A DNA stretch of 64,000 nt, taken from contig CM075980.1 of NCBI GenBank assembly GCA_038087875.1, forward strand, positions 79,112,001 to 79,176,000. The letters are read 5' to 3'. The translations under genes were made by a program, and so were the position numbers. The notes beneath the pieces were generated by a model, which saw nothing but the letters and a program-made list of their open reading frames with translations, had not been told where the DNA came from and ran no database searches. Origin of the DNA: Malacoraja senta (lineage: Eukaryota). Shown one piece after another: positions 40,193 through 52,353 of this stretch (position 1 is the stretch's first letter; every line of letters begins with the position of its first letter).

Positions 40193-41369
40193 CCTGTCAA
40201 CGAAACCCTTCTTCTAATCAATGACAACACACCAGGAAAGTATTGAGGATCCATTTGAACAGTGCAGGGATGCTCTTCTTGTGTTGAGTAGCAGATTACT
40301 TTTGTGATTAAAACATGGCATTATCGAGATCGTTGTGCTTTAACTTTACACTTCTGGTGTTGCACAAGAAGTATTTTGCTTACTCTGCATCGACCCAACA
40401 ACACATGTAATGCTGGCCCCTTGACCAGTTTGGGGCATGTAATATTAAAAGTGAGCAGTTAAAATGTTCATACAAAATTAGAAGCATATTACTTTCCATA
40501 AAATAAAGAATATAAAACTATAAAGGCGGGAGTGGTCTATATGAATCTTCCAGCTGCTGCAACATTTCATAAAATTGCGTCAGATCCTGAACCTCAACTC
40601 TATTTTCCTGGCTCTGATTCCTTTCGAGTCCAAAATGAGTGCCAATCTCAGCCTTGAATTTAAGTCACAACCTTCTGAAGTTGAGAACTCTAAATGTTTA
40701 CAGCCCTCTGCATGAAGACGTTTCTACTTGTGCCTGTCCTGAATGGCAGACCCCTCATCTTGTTGTTGGCTATCCCCTGATACAGCACTGATAAGACTGC
40801 CAATGTGCAGCTCATTTTTGCCAAGCTTGGAACAGTGAGGTCATGTAAACAGTAGTTGCTGAACAATTGCCAAATTCCATTGATTGAGCATTGATTGGAA
40901 GACACCAATCACCGATTTTCCTTCTTTTCCATTGTATCTGGAAATGTTGCTATAGTGTTTCAAAGAAAGTAGTCATCTCTTGTGAGGTTTGCACACCTTT
41001 TCTCAAGTGGCATGGAATTCATTGTGGCATGGAATTACCTCTCTCAACACAGTCAGATATCATCCTAACGTATTTTCAACAAGTTGAATCAGCTCGAATG
41101 TTAGCAAAAGTTATGAAAATTCATGCAAAAATGTAAATATTTCCTGTTGATCATTGTTGTGTTGTTACAACACAAAATATGTTGGGATGTTGTTGGGCTG
41201 CTGGCTGAAGCCATCCAAATCCTCTGCACTGGGACAGTGGCACGGCATTTGAGAAGGAAAATTATAAACTGGCAGAACAAATTGGCACCTCTATAGATCC
41301 ATCAACAAAACGCTTTAACCACCAGCTATGCCACGCTGGCTCTCAACGCTGAGAGAATATGGATGCTTC

Positions 41370-41672
41370 TTTAGACTTTTAGACTAGAGATACGGCACAG
41401 AAACAGGCTCTTTGGTCCACCAAGACCATGCTGACCAGCGAACACCCTGTATACTGGCATTATCCTAAACACTTAGGCCAATTTACAATATTACCAAAGC
41501 CAATTAGCCTTCAAACCTATACGTCTGTGGAGTGTGGGAGGAAACCGGAGCACCCGGAGAAAACCCACATGGTCACAGGGAGAACGTGCAAACTCCATCC
41601 AGTTGGCTCCCATAGTCAGAATCAAAGCCGGGTCTCAGGCAACAACTCTACCGCTGCACCACTGTGCCACCT
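41370..41672 (-). mobile_element. V-SINE (HE1-like)
   Basis: Homologous to 15811-16120. Confidence 0.85.
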
Positions 41673-41881
41673 CAATTCTTGTACATTTCGGATACTTGGA
41701 AATATTCATAAACTGTTAAATATCCATGAATTAAATCATTTCAATAAAAATAAATGAAGGGAGAAAAAAATGCTTATAAACATAAGCAACACAATTTAAA
41801 ATGCAGTTGAACAAGATGCAAATTTGTTTATGCTTTTCCCTTAATGCTTTTCCCCTCTGTTAAAATGAATGGGCTTATAGC

Positions 41882-42875
41882 AAGAGTCAATTGTGTTTTA
41901 TTGTCACATGTACCAAAAATGGAACAATTAAATTCTTAAGGGCCTGTCTCACTTTCACGACCTAATTCACGACCTTTTTTACTCGTGGACATTTTTCATC
42001 AGGCTAGCCAAAAAGCCCCGACCTACTTGATGCCACGAGTACCTACAACTAGCATCACAGCCTGCTACGACCTACCTATGACCTCCTACGACCTCGTGAC
42101 GACCTTGCTGCGAGTATGAGTCAAGGGCAAACTCGGCAGAGGTCGTGAATTAGGTCGTGAAAGTGGGACAGGCCCTTTACTTGCACAACACAACACAGCA
42201 CAACACACTCACAAACACATTACTCAATACGTAATATAATAAATATACAAAAAATAGTTCAATAAATAGAAACCTCAACATAGTGCAAAAGCAACCAAAG
42301 CCCCAAGTCCCTCGTGCACCCAGGCAGTTCGTAATTCAGAGTTTAGTTGGAGTTTGTTGTGTTCAATAGCCTGATGGTTGTTGGGAAGAAGCAGTTCCTG
42401 ACTCTAGGTGTTGTCATTTTCAGACCCATATGTCTTCTTTCCGATGGCAGAAGTGTGACCAGGTTGTTGTGGGTCCTTGGTGATGCTGTCGTCTTTTTGA
42501 GACAGCACCTCTATAGATCCCTTCAATGTGGAGCAGTCAGTACCCGTGATGGCCAGACATTTTTCACCACTTTTTTAATCTCCTTCGTTCTTGAGCATTC
42601 ATGTTGCCAAACCAGACCCTGATGCAACCAGTCAGTACGCTTGCTACCATTCCTATGCTGAAGTTTGTCGACATATCAAACCTCCTCGATCTTCTAAGGA
42701 TGTAGAAGCATTTGTTGGGGTTTCTGTATGATTGCATCAATGTGCTGGGTCTGGGACAGGTATGCAGAAATATGCACGACCAGGAAATTGTAGTTTTTGT
42801 CTCTCTCCACCACTGTCCGTCAATGCAGGCAGATATGTGGATACTCTGCCTTCCTCTTCCTAAGTAAACAACCAA
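41882..42875 (-). mobile_element. Rex1/Babar-like LINE 3' portion (hosts the Harbinger MITE)
   Basis: Minus-strand end ..gtgacaataaaac..ttgactcttg; degenerate coding remnant YILRRSRRF..VASVLTGCI.VWFGN. Related tails at 17495-17690, 28535-28720 and 62275-62650. Confidence 0.65.
41939..42176. mobile_element. PIF/Harbinger-type MITE, copy 2 (opposite orientation), TTA TSD
   Basis: Same TIRs. TTA at 41936-41938 and 42177-42179; it interrupts the host motif aattcTTActtgc, seen intact near 17534 and 62306. Confidence 0.9.
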
Positions 42876-43421
42876 CGGCCTACATATGCGTTTTTATTGT
42901 CCAAGTGGCCCAGCGCAGAGTGGAAAGCCAGCAAGATCGCATCCACTATTGATATAATGTTCCTGCACCATGTCCAACATGGGTTCATTGGACATAACTC
43001 CCAGTGTAACTGCAGCAAGTTTGCACACTGCAGCTGGACACTGACAAATCCAACTTATGAGCACAGTCAGAAAAAGGAATGTAACCACTGGTGAATTAAT
43101 GATGCTCCATGTGCTCATGGGTTTCCTGTATCTCTTGTTGGTGATCTGAGGGATGTTGGTGGTGTAGATGCTGGCAGGGAAACATGGAATGGTTGACACG
43201 TCCTAGCAAAAACTGGCCCAAGAGACAGCAGCAAAAATAACATGCAGCAAATGAAAAATTCTCAAGTGGACATTGGAAAAGTATTTATATTTTACGAGTA
43301 CTTGCTTCACACAATATCGTTTAAGCTTTTTCCCTTCTGCAGCAGACAGTGTGCTGAATTTTGTTCCTGTTGTGGTTGAGTAGTTCTTTCGTTTCATTTG
43401 GTAGAATTACCTATTGCACAT

Positions 43422-43600
43422 AAATGCTGGAGAAACTCAACGGGACAGGCAGCATCTCTCGAGATAAGGAACGGGTCTCGACTCAAAACGTCACCCATTC
43501 CTTCTCTTCAGAGATACTGCCTGTCCCGTTGAGTTACTCCAGCATTTTGTGTCTATCTTTGGCATATAAACAACATTTGCAGTTCCGTCCTACACATATA
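43422..43600. mobile_element. Fold-back Penelope-like element with 10-bp TSD
   Basis: TATTGCACAT at 43412-43421 and 43601-43610; inverted arms; the CTGANGA box is lost at the junction. Confidence 0.8.
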
Positions 43601-44574
43601 TATTGCACATTGTGGATTTGGGGCCGAAGAGTTCCATCAGCAACAGGTTTGTCTTTGCCATATGGCATGGGGAGGTGGGTTTTAAAAGTGCAAAGCTTTA
43701 ACATTGATAGGAAAAATAGCCAGATAGGCTGCATCAGCATTTAGTTCACAAAGACTAAGCTGCAAAGTGCATTTTTAAAATATAACATACATGTTTTACT
43801 AATGTGGTTTTAATATTTTACCAGCTGCTGTTATCTATATAAATCTGTGGCTGTGATTCAGTGAATTGTTTTTTCTAAATAGAGAGTTATCTGAATGTGA
43901 GTCCAATTTCTCATGGATGACATTGAAAAAAAGCTTGTCACGTTCTCAAGTATAATGGGATAGTGGTTGGGGTCTGTTACCCTGTGTCACTATGTTACCA
44001 GGGTATTACTACCTTGTAATGTTGGGAGTGTGACATATTGTATTTAGTTAGGAATAGGAAATTTTAGAGTGAATGCACAGAGTCTTTTAACCAGGTCAGG
44101 GGAACGAGAGGACACAGGTTGAAGTTGAGAGGGGCAAGATTTGAGGGCCAACTATTTCACTCAGAGGGTGGTAAGTATATTGAATGAGCTGCCATAAGAT
44201 GTAGTTGAGGCAGGTGCTAGAACAGTATTTAAAAGGCACACCGACAGGGAAAATGGATAGGAAAGGTTTAGAAGGATACTAGACAAAGGGGACCCGTTGG
44301 GTTCCAGCATCACACGGGAGGGCTGGTCCCCCAACGCAATATTCCACCTCTCCACCAATTCCAATATTGGTGGCCAGTGGGGGGGGGGGGGCTTTCTGGA
44401 GCACTAGTATGGGTGTTATGGGCTGAAGGGACTGGTTTCCAGAGGGCTAGTATGGACATTGTGGGCCGAATGGATTCTTGGGCTGGCAGCTCAGTCACTC
44501 AAGCCTGTTGTGCTGGCAGCTCACTCATTCACGGCTGGTGGACTGGCAGTTGACTCACGGCTATTCCTTGAAAT

Positions 44575-44700
44575 TCCATTTCATGCAGGGTGCAAGGCCA
44601 CCAAATTCAAGTGCAGTTTCTTATCACTTCAAACAGGGTGCAAGGCCACCAAATTCAAGTGCAGTTTCATACCATTTCAAGCAGGGTGCAAGGCCACTAA
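44575..44700. repeat. 48-bp tandem repeat (~2.5 copies) inside the Helitron
   Basis: cagggtgcaaggccac recurs at 44586, 44634 and 44682. Confidence 0.9.
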
Positions 44701-45027
44701 AGACAGCGAGTCGTGACCTCTCCCTCCTCTATCTTGCAGAGAATGAGCCATGCCCACACTTCTGGGTTTTATAGGCCCTCCCTCTTCCCATCAGAAGGGG
44801 TGGGGTCTTCATAGTGTGATTGACAGGAGAGAGAATATCAACATTCTTTAAACACTAATAACTCTTTTATTTTTCATCGATGGGAAAATTCCTCGGCACC
44901 TGATGAGCGGAGGGGGACTCTGAGTAAGATGGCCAAAAATCACAGCCGTACGTGGTAGCGTTTTTTCTAAAATCAATATAAAGCGCAAACAGGCAGTAGT
45001 CAAGATTAGACTTTTATTTGTATAGAT

Positions 45028-45103
45028 GGCAAGGCAACTTTAATTAGGCAAGGCAACTTTAATTAGGCAAGGCAACTTTAATTAGGCAAGGCAACTTAAA
45101 TTA
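45028..45103. repeat. 19-bp minisatellite x4 inside the Helitron
   Basis: ggcaaggcaactttaatta at 45028, 45047, 45066 and 45085. Confidence 0.95.
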
Positions 45104-45316
45104 GGCAACACAGCTTTAGCATTTCCAAACCAAAGGCAACACAGCTTTAGCATTTCCAAACCAAAGGCTACACAGCTTTAGCATTTCCAAACCAAAGGCA
45201 ACACAGCTTTAGCATTTCCAAACCAAAGGCAACACAGCTTTAGCATTTCCAAACCAAAGGCAACACAGCTTTAGCATTTCCAAACCAAAGGCAACACAGC
45301 TTTAGCATTTCCAAAC
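45104..45316. repeat. 31-bp minisatellite x7 inside the Helitron
   Basis: ggcaacacagctttagcatttccaaaccaaa every 31 bp from 45104 to 45290 (last unit partial). Confidence 0.95.
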
Positions 45317-46811
45317 TATATTTTCAAACCAAATTAAGGGCACTGACAGGTCAGTAAAACCACTCACAGTTTACTGGAAGTGTTCAGTGTTATTCACAGC
45401 TCAGACTGAGAGACGTGACCCTCTCGCTCCCCCATCTTGCAGAGACTGACTGAGGCACTCAACACCTCCGGGTTTTATTGTCCCTCCGGAAGGGGCGTGG
45501 CCTTCAGGAGAGAGAATCTCAACATTTTTTAAACACTAATAATTCTTTTATTTTTCATCGATGGGAAAAGTCCTCTTGTCCTGCGCAGCGGAGGGGGACT
45601 GAGTAAGATGGCCAAAAATCACAGCCTTAAGTGGCAGCGTTTTTTCTAAAATCAATATACAGAACAACAGGAAGTGGTCAAGATCAGACCTTTAGTAATA
45701 TAGATAGGCTAAATGAAGGGAAATGGGACGAGCTTAGATGGGGCATCTTGGTCATGGACGTTGGCTCAAAGGCTCTGTTTCTGCACTTTATAACTCTATG
45801 ACTCTTAAGTGTGTTTGGCTGAATGAAAATGCCACCAATTGTCCTCGGGGGTGGTATTGTCCCCTGTCCTTACTGATTAAAGTCTGTTGGTCAGGAAGTC
45901 AACAATGCAATTACAAAAGGGGGTGGGGTCGCTGAGTCCTAGGTCCTGGAGTTTAGATGAAATTATAGTGTTGAAGTCTAAGTTATAGTCAATAAATAGG
46001 GAGACTGACATAGGTGTCCTTGCTATCCAAATGTTCCAGGGATAAATTAATGGGCAGGGAGCTGGTGCCTCCCATGGACCTGTTGTGGCAGCGGGTGAAT
46101 TGCATTGGACCTAAACTGTCTGGTTACCTAGAGTTAATGTGTATCATGACCAACCCTTGGATGATGATGGATGTCAGAGCCACTGGACATTAAACCTCAC
46201 TACCTGGCTTTTCATGGGAACCAGTATGATGGCGATCTTTTCAAAACAGATGGGAACCTCAGATTGGAGTGGAGAGATATCCACAAATACTCCTGCCAGC
46301 TAGCCAGTGCAGGTTCTGAGGATATGGCCAAGGTCTCCATTCTAGTCAGACATTTTCCATTGGTTCACTCCCAGGAAGGCTGATCTGATGCCTGCGTGAT
46401 GACCATGGGGAGTACAGATGTTCCAGAATCTGTGTGATTGGGTGATATCATTACACTGAACCCCAGTTCATTGGGGAGGGATGTGATGTTGCCAGCGAAA
46501 CTGCCCTCCTTTGCTCTGTAGCCAGCGATTCCGCCTGCCTTTGCCTTGTCAGCTCAATATGGAATAAAGTGAACAACAAATTGTTCTGAATTCAGTCAGA
46601 ACAACAACTTGGCTGATACAGTTGGGACTTGGCAATGTTATCCGGGTTTCATGTTCAGATCACTATGCTGGAAAGTGTGCCATTGTGAATGTTGAATAAT
46701 GCTGACAATGGAGAAAATGAGCCAAGATGGCAATTGAAGGAAGTGATCCATAGCAATGTTACAAACAAGAAAGGTTCAATAAATGAACCGACTTTCTACC
46801 ACCATCATAAT

Positions 46812-47112
46812 TTTAGTTTAGTTTTGTTTAGAGATACAGCGTGGAAACAGGCCCTTCCGCTCACCGAGTCCACTGACCTGCGATCCCCGCACAATTACAC
46901 TATCCTACACACTGGGAAAATGTACAATTAAACAAAGCCAATTAACCTACAAACCTGTACGTCTTTGGAGTGTGGGAGGAAACTGGAGGTCCTGGAGAAA
47001 ACCCACCAGGTCTCGTGGAGAACTCTGTACAACCAGCACCCGCAGTCAGGATCGAACCCGGGTTTCTGGCGCTGCGAGGCAGCAACTCTACCACTGTGCC
47101 TCAGTGCCACCA
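46812..47112 (-). mobile_element. V-SINE (HE1-like)
   Basis: Intact B box cccGGGTTCGATCCtga; homologous to the other copies. Confidence 0.9.
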
Positions 47113-47676
47113 TTTATTCAAATAATAGTTGAAGTTTCAAAACCAAAATGAAGATAACTATCATTGTTATTTTTATTTTTTATCTTTTTGTTTTTCTTGT
47201 TTTGTTTTGATAAAAGATTCTTGTTACTGACAGCCAATTGATCACTAATGACATCCGTTGCCACACAATCTCATTTTGGGTGTGAAATATATATCTTATA
47301 CATACATGGAAGGATGCTCTATCTTTATGTTAAAGTTGGCAGTCTATTATCGTGGGATATTTAAACACATGCCTTAGCCTTTCTATTTCTGAATTTCTGC
47401 CTCATCTCTTTTGGATAATAAGCATCAGCTTTAATTCAGAATTATTTTCCAGGTCTTGGTTTATAAGATGGACTCTGAGGGAAGGAACTTAAACCTTTCC
47501 CAGTTTGTGGTTACCAAAAGTCAATGTAACCAAGATGTGGATGTTAAAATTATATTTCACACCAACTATTCAGTCTGTTTATCGATAAAACATTGTGAGA
47601 TGTTATTGTTACAAGAGGTGCTAACTTTGCATGCTGAGCCAGCGTTTAATTGCTCCTCCCTAATTGCCCATGCGAA

Positions 47677-48043
47677 CTTTAGACTTTAGAGATACAGCAC
47701 GGAAACAGGCTCCTCGTCCCACCGAGTCCGTGCTGACCAGCGATTACCCCTTATTTTAGCACTATCCTACACACCAGGGACAATCGAACAGTTCCTTCAA
47801 AATCAGCATCTCTCACTTTGCTAGCTATTTTCATTCACTTCCATCGCAACCCATTTGTAAACATTTACAATTTCTACTGCAGTCAATTAACCTACAAACC
47901 TGTACGTCTTTGGAGTGTGGGAGGAAACAAGCACACGGAGAAAACCCACGTGGTCACGGGGAGAATGTACAAAATCTGTACATACAGCACCCATAGTCAG
48001 GATCGAACCTGGGTCTCTGGCACTGTAAGGCAGCAACTCTACC
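47677..48043 (-). mobile_element. V-SINE with ~80-bp internal insertion
   Basis: Homology is interrupted at ~47785-47862. Confidence 0.8.
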
Positions 48044-48137
48044 AAGAATTTGTTGGTGAGCTTACTGCATGAACCACTGAAGTCCTTGAAGTGTGGATAT
48101 ACCCACCAAGCTGCTAGGGAGAGTGTTCCAAGATTTT

Positions 48138-48497
48138 CACAAGTTCACGTTATAGGAGTAAAATTAGGCCATTCGGCCCATCGAGACTACTCTGGCATTG
48201 AATCGTGGCTGATCTCTGCCTCCTAATCCCATTTTCCTGCCTTCTCCCCTTAACCCTTGACACCCGTTCTAATCAAGAATTTGTTTATCTCTGCCTTAAA
48301 AATATCCACTGACTTGGCCTCCACAACCCTCTGTGGCAATGAGTTCCACAGATTAACTAGCCTCTGACTAAAGAAGTTCCTCCTCACATCCTTTCTAAAA
48401 GAGCGGCCTTTAATTCTGAGGCTATGACCTCTGGTCCTAGACTCTCCTAACAGTGGAAACATCCTTTCCACATCCACTCTATCTATGCCTTTCATTT
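48138..48497 (-). mobile_element. CR1 LINE 3' end nested in an older LINE (48060-48137 + 48498-48850)
   Basis: MKGIDRVDVERMFPLLGESRTRGHSLRIKG..RRNFFSQRLVNLWNSLP. Confidence 0.9.
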
Positions 48498-48929
48498 TGA
48501 CCCAGTGATGGTCAAGGAATGGTGACCAAGTCAGGATGGTGTGTGCTTTGAAAGGCAACATCTAGCTGGTGGTGTTTCCATCCTGATCCTGCCCTTGTCA
48601 ACCTAGCTGGTAGAGGGCTTGGACTTGGAAGGTATTGTCCAAGGGAGACTTGGTGAGTTGCTGCAGTTGATGGTATAAATTGCTGCTAATGTGCATCTGT
48701 GGTGCAGAGAGTGAATAATGGTTGTGGATGGGCTACTTATCAAGCGGACTGCATGTACTGGAGAGTGTCAAGCTTCTTGACGGTCGTTGAAGCTGCACTC
48801 ATGCAGGCAAGTGGAGAGTATTCTATTTCATATCTGACGAGTGGGTTGCAATGGAAGTGATTGTGTAAAAATAGATAGCTAGGCGAGAGATGCTGTTTAT
48901 GGAGGAACAATGTTCAACTGTATGGTAAC

Positions 48930-49325
48930 AGAATCATAGAGTTACATGGCATGGAAATTGGCCCTTCAGCCCAACTCGCCCATGCAAACCAAAATGCCTT
49001 TCTGAGCTAGTTCCATTAGCCTGTATTTGGCACAAAGATATTGTGAATTTGGCCTCTTCATCTTTCTTATCTAGCAATCCATCTGAATGTATTTTAAATA
49101 TTGAAATTGTACTCTCATATACCACTTCCTCCGGCAGCTTGTCCTACATACCCACCACCCTCTGTGTGGAAAAACCTGCCTTGAAGATCCCTTTTAAATC
49201 TTTCCCCTTTCACCTTAAACCAAGTTTAGACAAACCTGCACTAGGAAAAAGATCATCCTTCTTATCTGTGCCCCCTCAAATGTTATAAACCTATACAAAT
49301 TGCCCCTCAGCCTTCTTCACTTCAA
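48930..49325 (-). mobile_element. CR1 LINE 3' end (older)
   Basis: Tail gaatcatagag; cccaccaccctctgtgtggaaaaac. Confidence 0.8.
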
Positions 49326-49868
49326 GTAAGTTCTGGTTTCATACAGCTTGACTTTCAGTGGAGTGAAAAGTCGTATCTGTGTTAATGGCAGAATAAAAAT
49401 TTATGCTGCTGTTTCACTTGATTTCATATCAAGTTTTCATTAGCTTTATCCCAAATTTGTCGATAAATTCATAGCCCTAGATTTTGCAGTCATTCATAAG
49501 TCGTGAAGTAACTATGCTTACTGCTGACCACATATAAAGCTGTCCAGAAAGTTTTTAGCGATCGTTATGTCATGGGCCTCTTCTGTTCTTGCCAATCGTG
49601 ACATCCAGGAACAGTATTGACATTAAGTTGGTTGAGAATTCTCAGAGAACAATGCATGTTAACAGCACATGTTTAAAAGCATTTTCAATATATTTCACTC
49701 CCCAAAATATATGCAGCAGATAATGGTAGAAGCTGAAGTTGCAAAATAAATAACTGAATGGAAAGTATCTGTGTTGTTATTCAAAACTTTTTGCAGGGCT
49801 AGAGCGGTTGCTAAATAAACTATGGGTGACAAGGCTTTAAAACAATACATCAAGTGCTAGCCTTTTTG

Positions 49869-50010
49869 CTTAGACTTTTAGAGATACAGCATGGAAAGAG
49901 GCTCTTTTGGCCCACCAAGTCCGTGCCGACCAGCAATCACCCCGTACACTAGCACTATCCTACACAATAAGGACAATTTTTTTACAACTAATGGAAGCCA
50001 ATTAACCTAC
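49869..50010 (-). mobile_element. V-SINE 3' half
   Basis: Tail through ccaattaacctac only. Confidence 0.75.
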
Positions 50011-50881
50011 ATCTTTGTACACCCTCCTCTCTTCCAACAAATCACCCTGATCTTTCTTCAGATATATCCCATTGCCTTGCACCCTATCTTGGTTGCTTGC
50101 TCACCCTCCTACCTACCCCTGTTTTCCAGCTGACTCCCCATCCTGTTTGCTTACTTTACTCATCTACATGACACCAGTCCTTGATCCTTGATATCGTACA
50201 TCAAGGTGAATCTTTGGCCACATACTCATTTCTTCACTCTTTTTGCCCATTTCTAGCCACTGACATTGCCCAATTCTCTGTTCCACTGCTGAAATCCTTG
50301 GTCATTAAAGCAAGCAGCTTGTTGTTACAAAGATATGTGATGATAAGCTTCTCGATGATAACTGAGGCTTTTTCAATGTGTGCATTGAGGCTTGAATTAT
50401 AAAATTGACATGTCTCCAGAGGGAAGGTTAGATGACATTTTCAGATGCAACATACTTTGTCAAAATTGATTTAAGGGTGTGTGCAATAAAAAAAACAAAT
50501 AGCAATTAGCAAATTAGGTTTTCCTCCAATAACAGGTACATTAAATGATCTAAAAGAAAAGTAGCTATCACGATGAAAGGTTAGATTACTGTATCTGTTA
50601 AGTGCTAGCATTGAATATGATGTTCTGAAAGCCAAATCCTATCCTCTCTCTTCTTTTAATCTTGTTGCCAAGAGAGCATTGGAAACAATTGAAGTTCATA
50701 TAACCTCTATTTGAAGCAAGCTGGAACTTGGACTTACGCCGTATCAATCCAGCTCAAAGTTGCTCAGCATGTAAATCAGACTCGGGCTTCAAGATGTTTT
50801 ATAGGCAAAGCTGATCTTTGAAGACTAGGTCTCACAGCGAGGCTGGACAATAATAACTTTTGAGCAGACATATAGTTATAG

Positions 50882-51172
50882 TGGGCAGCACGGTGACGCA
50901 GAGGTAGAGTTGCTGCCTTATAGCACCAGAGACCCAGGTTTGATCTTGACTATGGTTGCTGTCTGTATGGAGTTTGTACCTTCTCCCCCTGGGATCTCCA
51001 GTTTCCTCCCACATTCCAAAGAGGTACAGGTTAGTAGTTTAATTGGTTTGGAAAATTATAAATTGACCCTAGTGTGTGTAGACAGTATTAATGTGCGGGG
51101 ATCGCTGGTCAGCACGGACTCGGTGGGCCGATGGGCCTGTTTCCACACTATCTCTGAACTAAACTAAACTAA
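50882..51172 (+). mobile_element. V-SINE (HE1-like), followed directly by CR1 tails (51175-51275, 51355-51410)
   Basis: Head gggcagcacggtgacgcagaggtagagttgctgcc; tail (CTAAA)n. Confidence 0.9.
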
Positions 51173-51649
51173 AAGGAAGGGTTTAGAGGAATATTGGCCA
51201 TCTTAGATGAGGCATTTTGGTCAACATGGATGAGTTGGGCCGAAGGTTCTGATTCTGGGCTGTATGACTCTATGAGTAGGTTCATTTGGCTGCAAGATAA
51301 ATCCACCAATTGTCATCAGAAACACAGATTATGCATCTTAGAAGCTTATCTTAGAAGGTTATGTTGGACTGAAGGGCATGTTTCCATGCTGTATAGCTAT
51401 GACTCTGTGAACCATTAATATCCAGGGAGACCTTTATGCTGAAATCTGATTAATCCACATTGTCCTCTAGTCTTGACTTCCATTTTTTTTTAGTATTTAT
51501 GTAGATATTTCAATCATGTCTGCAAGGCATGGACTAACGTACATGATTTGGTATAACTTCATTGCCACCAATTAACTATAGGACAGATAATTTGTCATTG
51601 CCATGCTTTGAACTTTCAAATCAAACTTAACGCGGCAATATATAGTTTG

Positions 51650-51861
51650 CAGGAAGGAACTGCAGATGCTGGTTTAAACTGAAGATAGGCACAAAACGCT
51701 GGCGTAACTCAGCGGGTCTGACAGCATCTCTGGAGAAAAGGAATAGGTGACGTTTCGGGGCAAGACCCTTCTTCAGACACAGTGTCGACCCGAAACGTCA
51801 CCTATTCCTTTTCTCCAGAGATACTGTCAGACCCGCTTTGGCATTTTGTGTCTATCTTCAC
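51650..51861. mobile_element. Fold-back Penelope-like element with 11-bp TSD
   Basis: TATATAGTTTG at 51639-51649 and 51862-51872; inverted arms. Confidence 0.85.
51746..51779 (-). ncRNA. Minimal hammerhead ribozyme motif (intact core, GUC site)
   Basis: Minus strand: tgt-CTGAAGA-A-GGG(tcttgc)CCC-GAAACGTC-acc. Confidence 0.6.
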
Positions 51862-52353
51862 TATATAGTTTGTGCTTACCAATATTCATGCCACTATGTT
51901 GTATCCTATAGAATTGTAAAATTAAACAAAGTAATGTGGACAAATCCCCATTTCCCTTATATTGGCATTGAATGATCTGGGTACAGCATCTAGGCCATCT
52001 AAGCTAGCTTTTATGTTTCTTGATGAGTGAGCTTTAAGTATTGAAAAATAGGCTCATACTATATGAATCATAGTTGAGCCTAACTGCTGTCAGACATATC
52101 AACACGTGTAATTTTCGGAGAAGTATGAAGATTGGGAGGAAGACTGGCAGATATTTCCCCTCCCTAAATTGGAGACAATTATGTCCGTTGTTTTACTCAG
52201 AAACACTTCCTTGTGGATACAGAGAGTTGGCGATCTGGCGATGCTATCTAGAAACTTTCCAATCTGTATGATTATACATTAAGCTGCCAGCACAATTACT
52301 AACAGCCAGCCGTGAACATTTCCAGAAACTTTCTATTGGATCGCTGGCACAGT

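Larger units (their letters stand above)
44279..45704 (-). mobile_element. Non-autonomous Helitron with duplicated 5' terminus
   Basis: Minus strand starts TC(TATATTACTAAA) and ends CTAG, with a subterminal hairpin (gggaccc-gtt-gggttcc, 44289-44305). Inserted between A44278 and T45705 with no TSD; removing it restores the CR1 tail gaaggata|taggctaaatg. Confidence 0.85.
44073..45805 (+). mobile_element. CR1 LINE 3' end split by the Helitron (44073-44278 + 45705-45805)
   Basis: ttcactcagagggtggt...tttagaaggata|taggctaaatg...taactctatgactct. Confidence 0.8.

Noticed and set aside
45028-45316. CRISPR-like array of 31-bp repeats
   Set aside because: Units are head-to-tail with no unique spacers and there are no cas genes; it is a minisatellite within a Helitron.
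50882-50955. tRNA gene
   Set aside because: The A/B-box-like head continues into SINE body and tail; no full cloverleaf.
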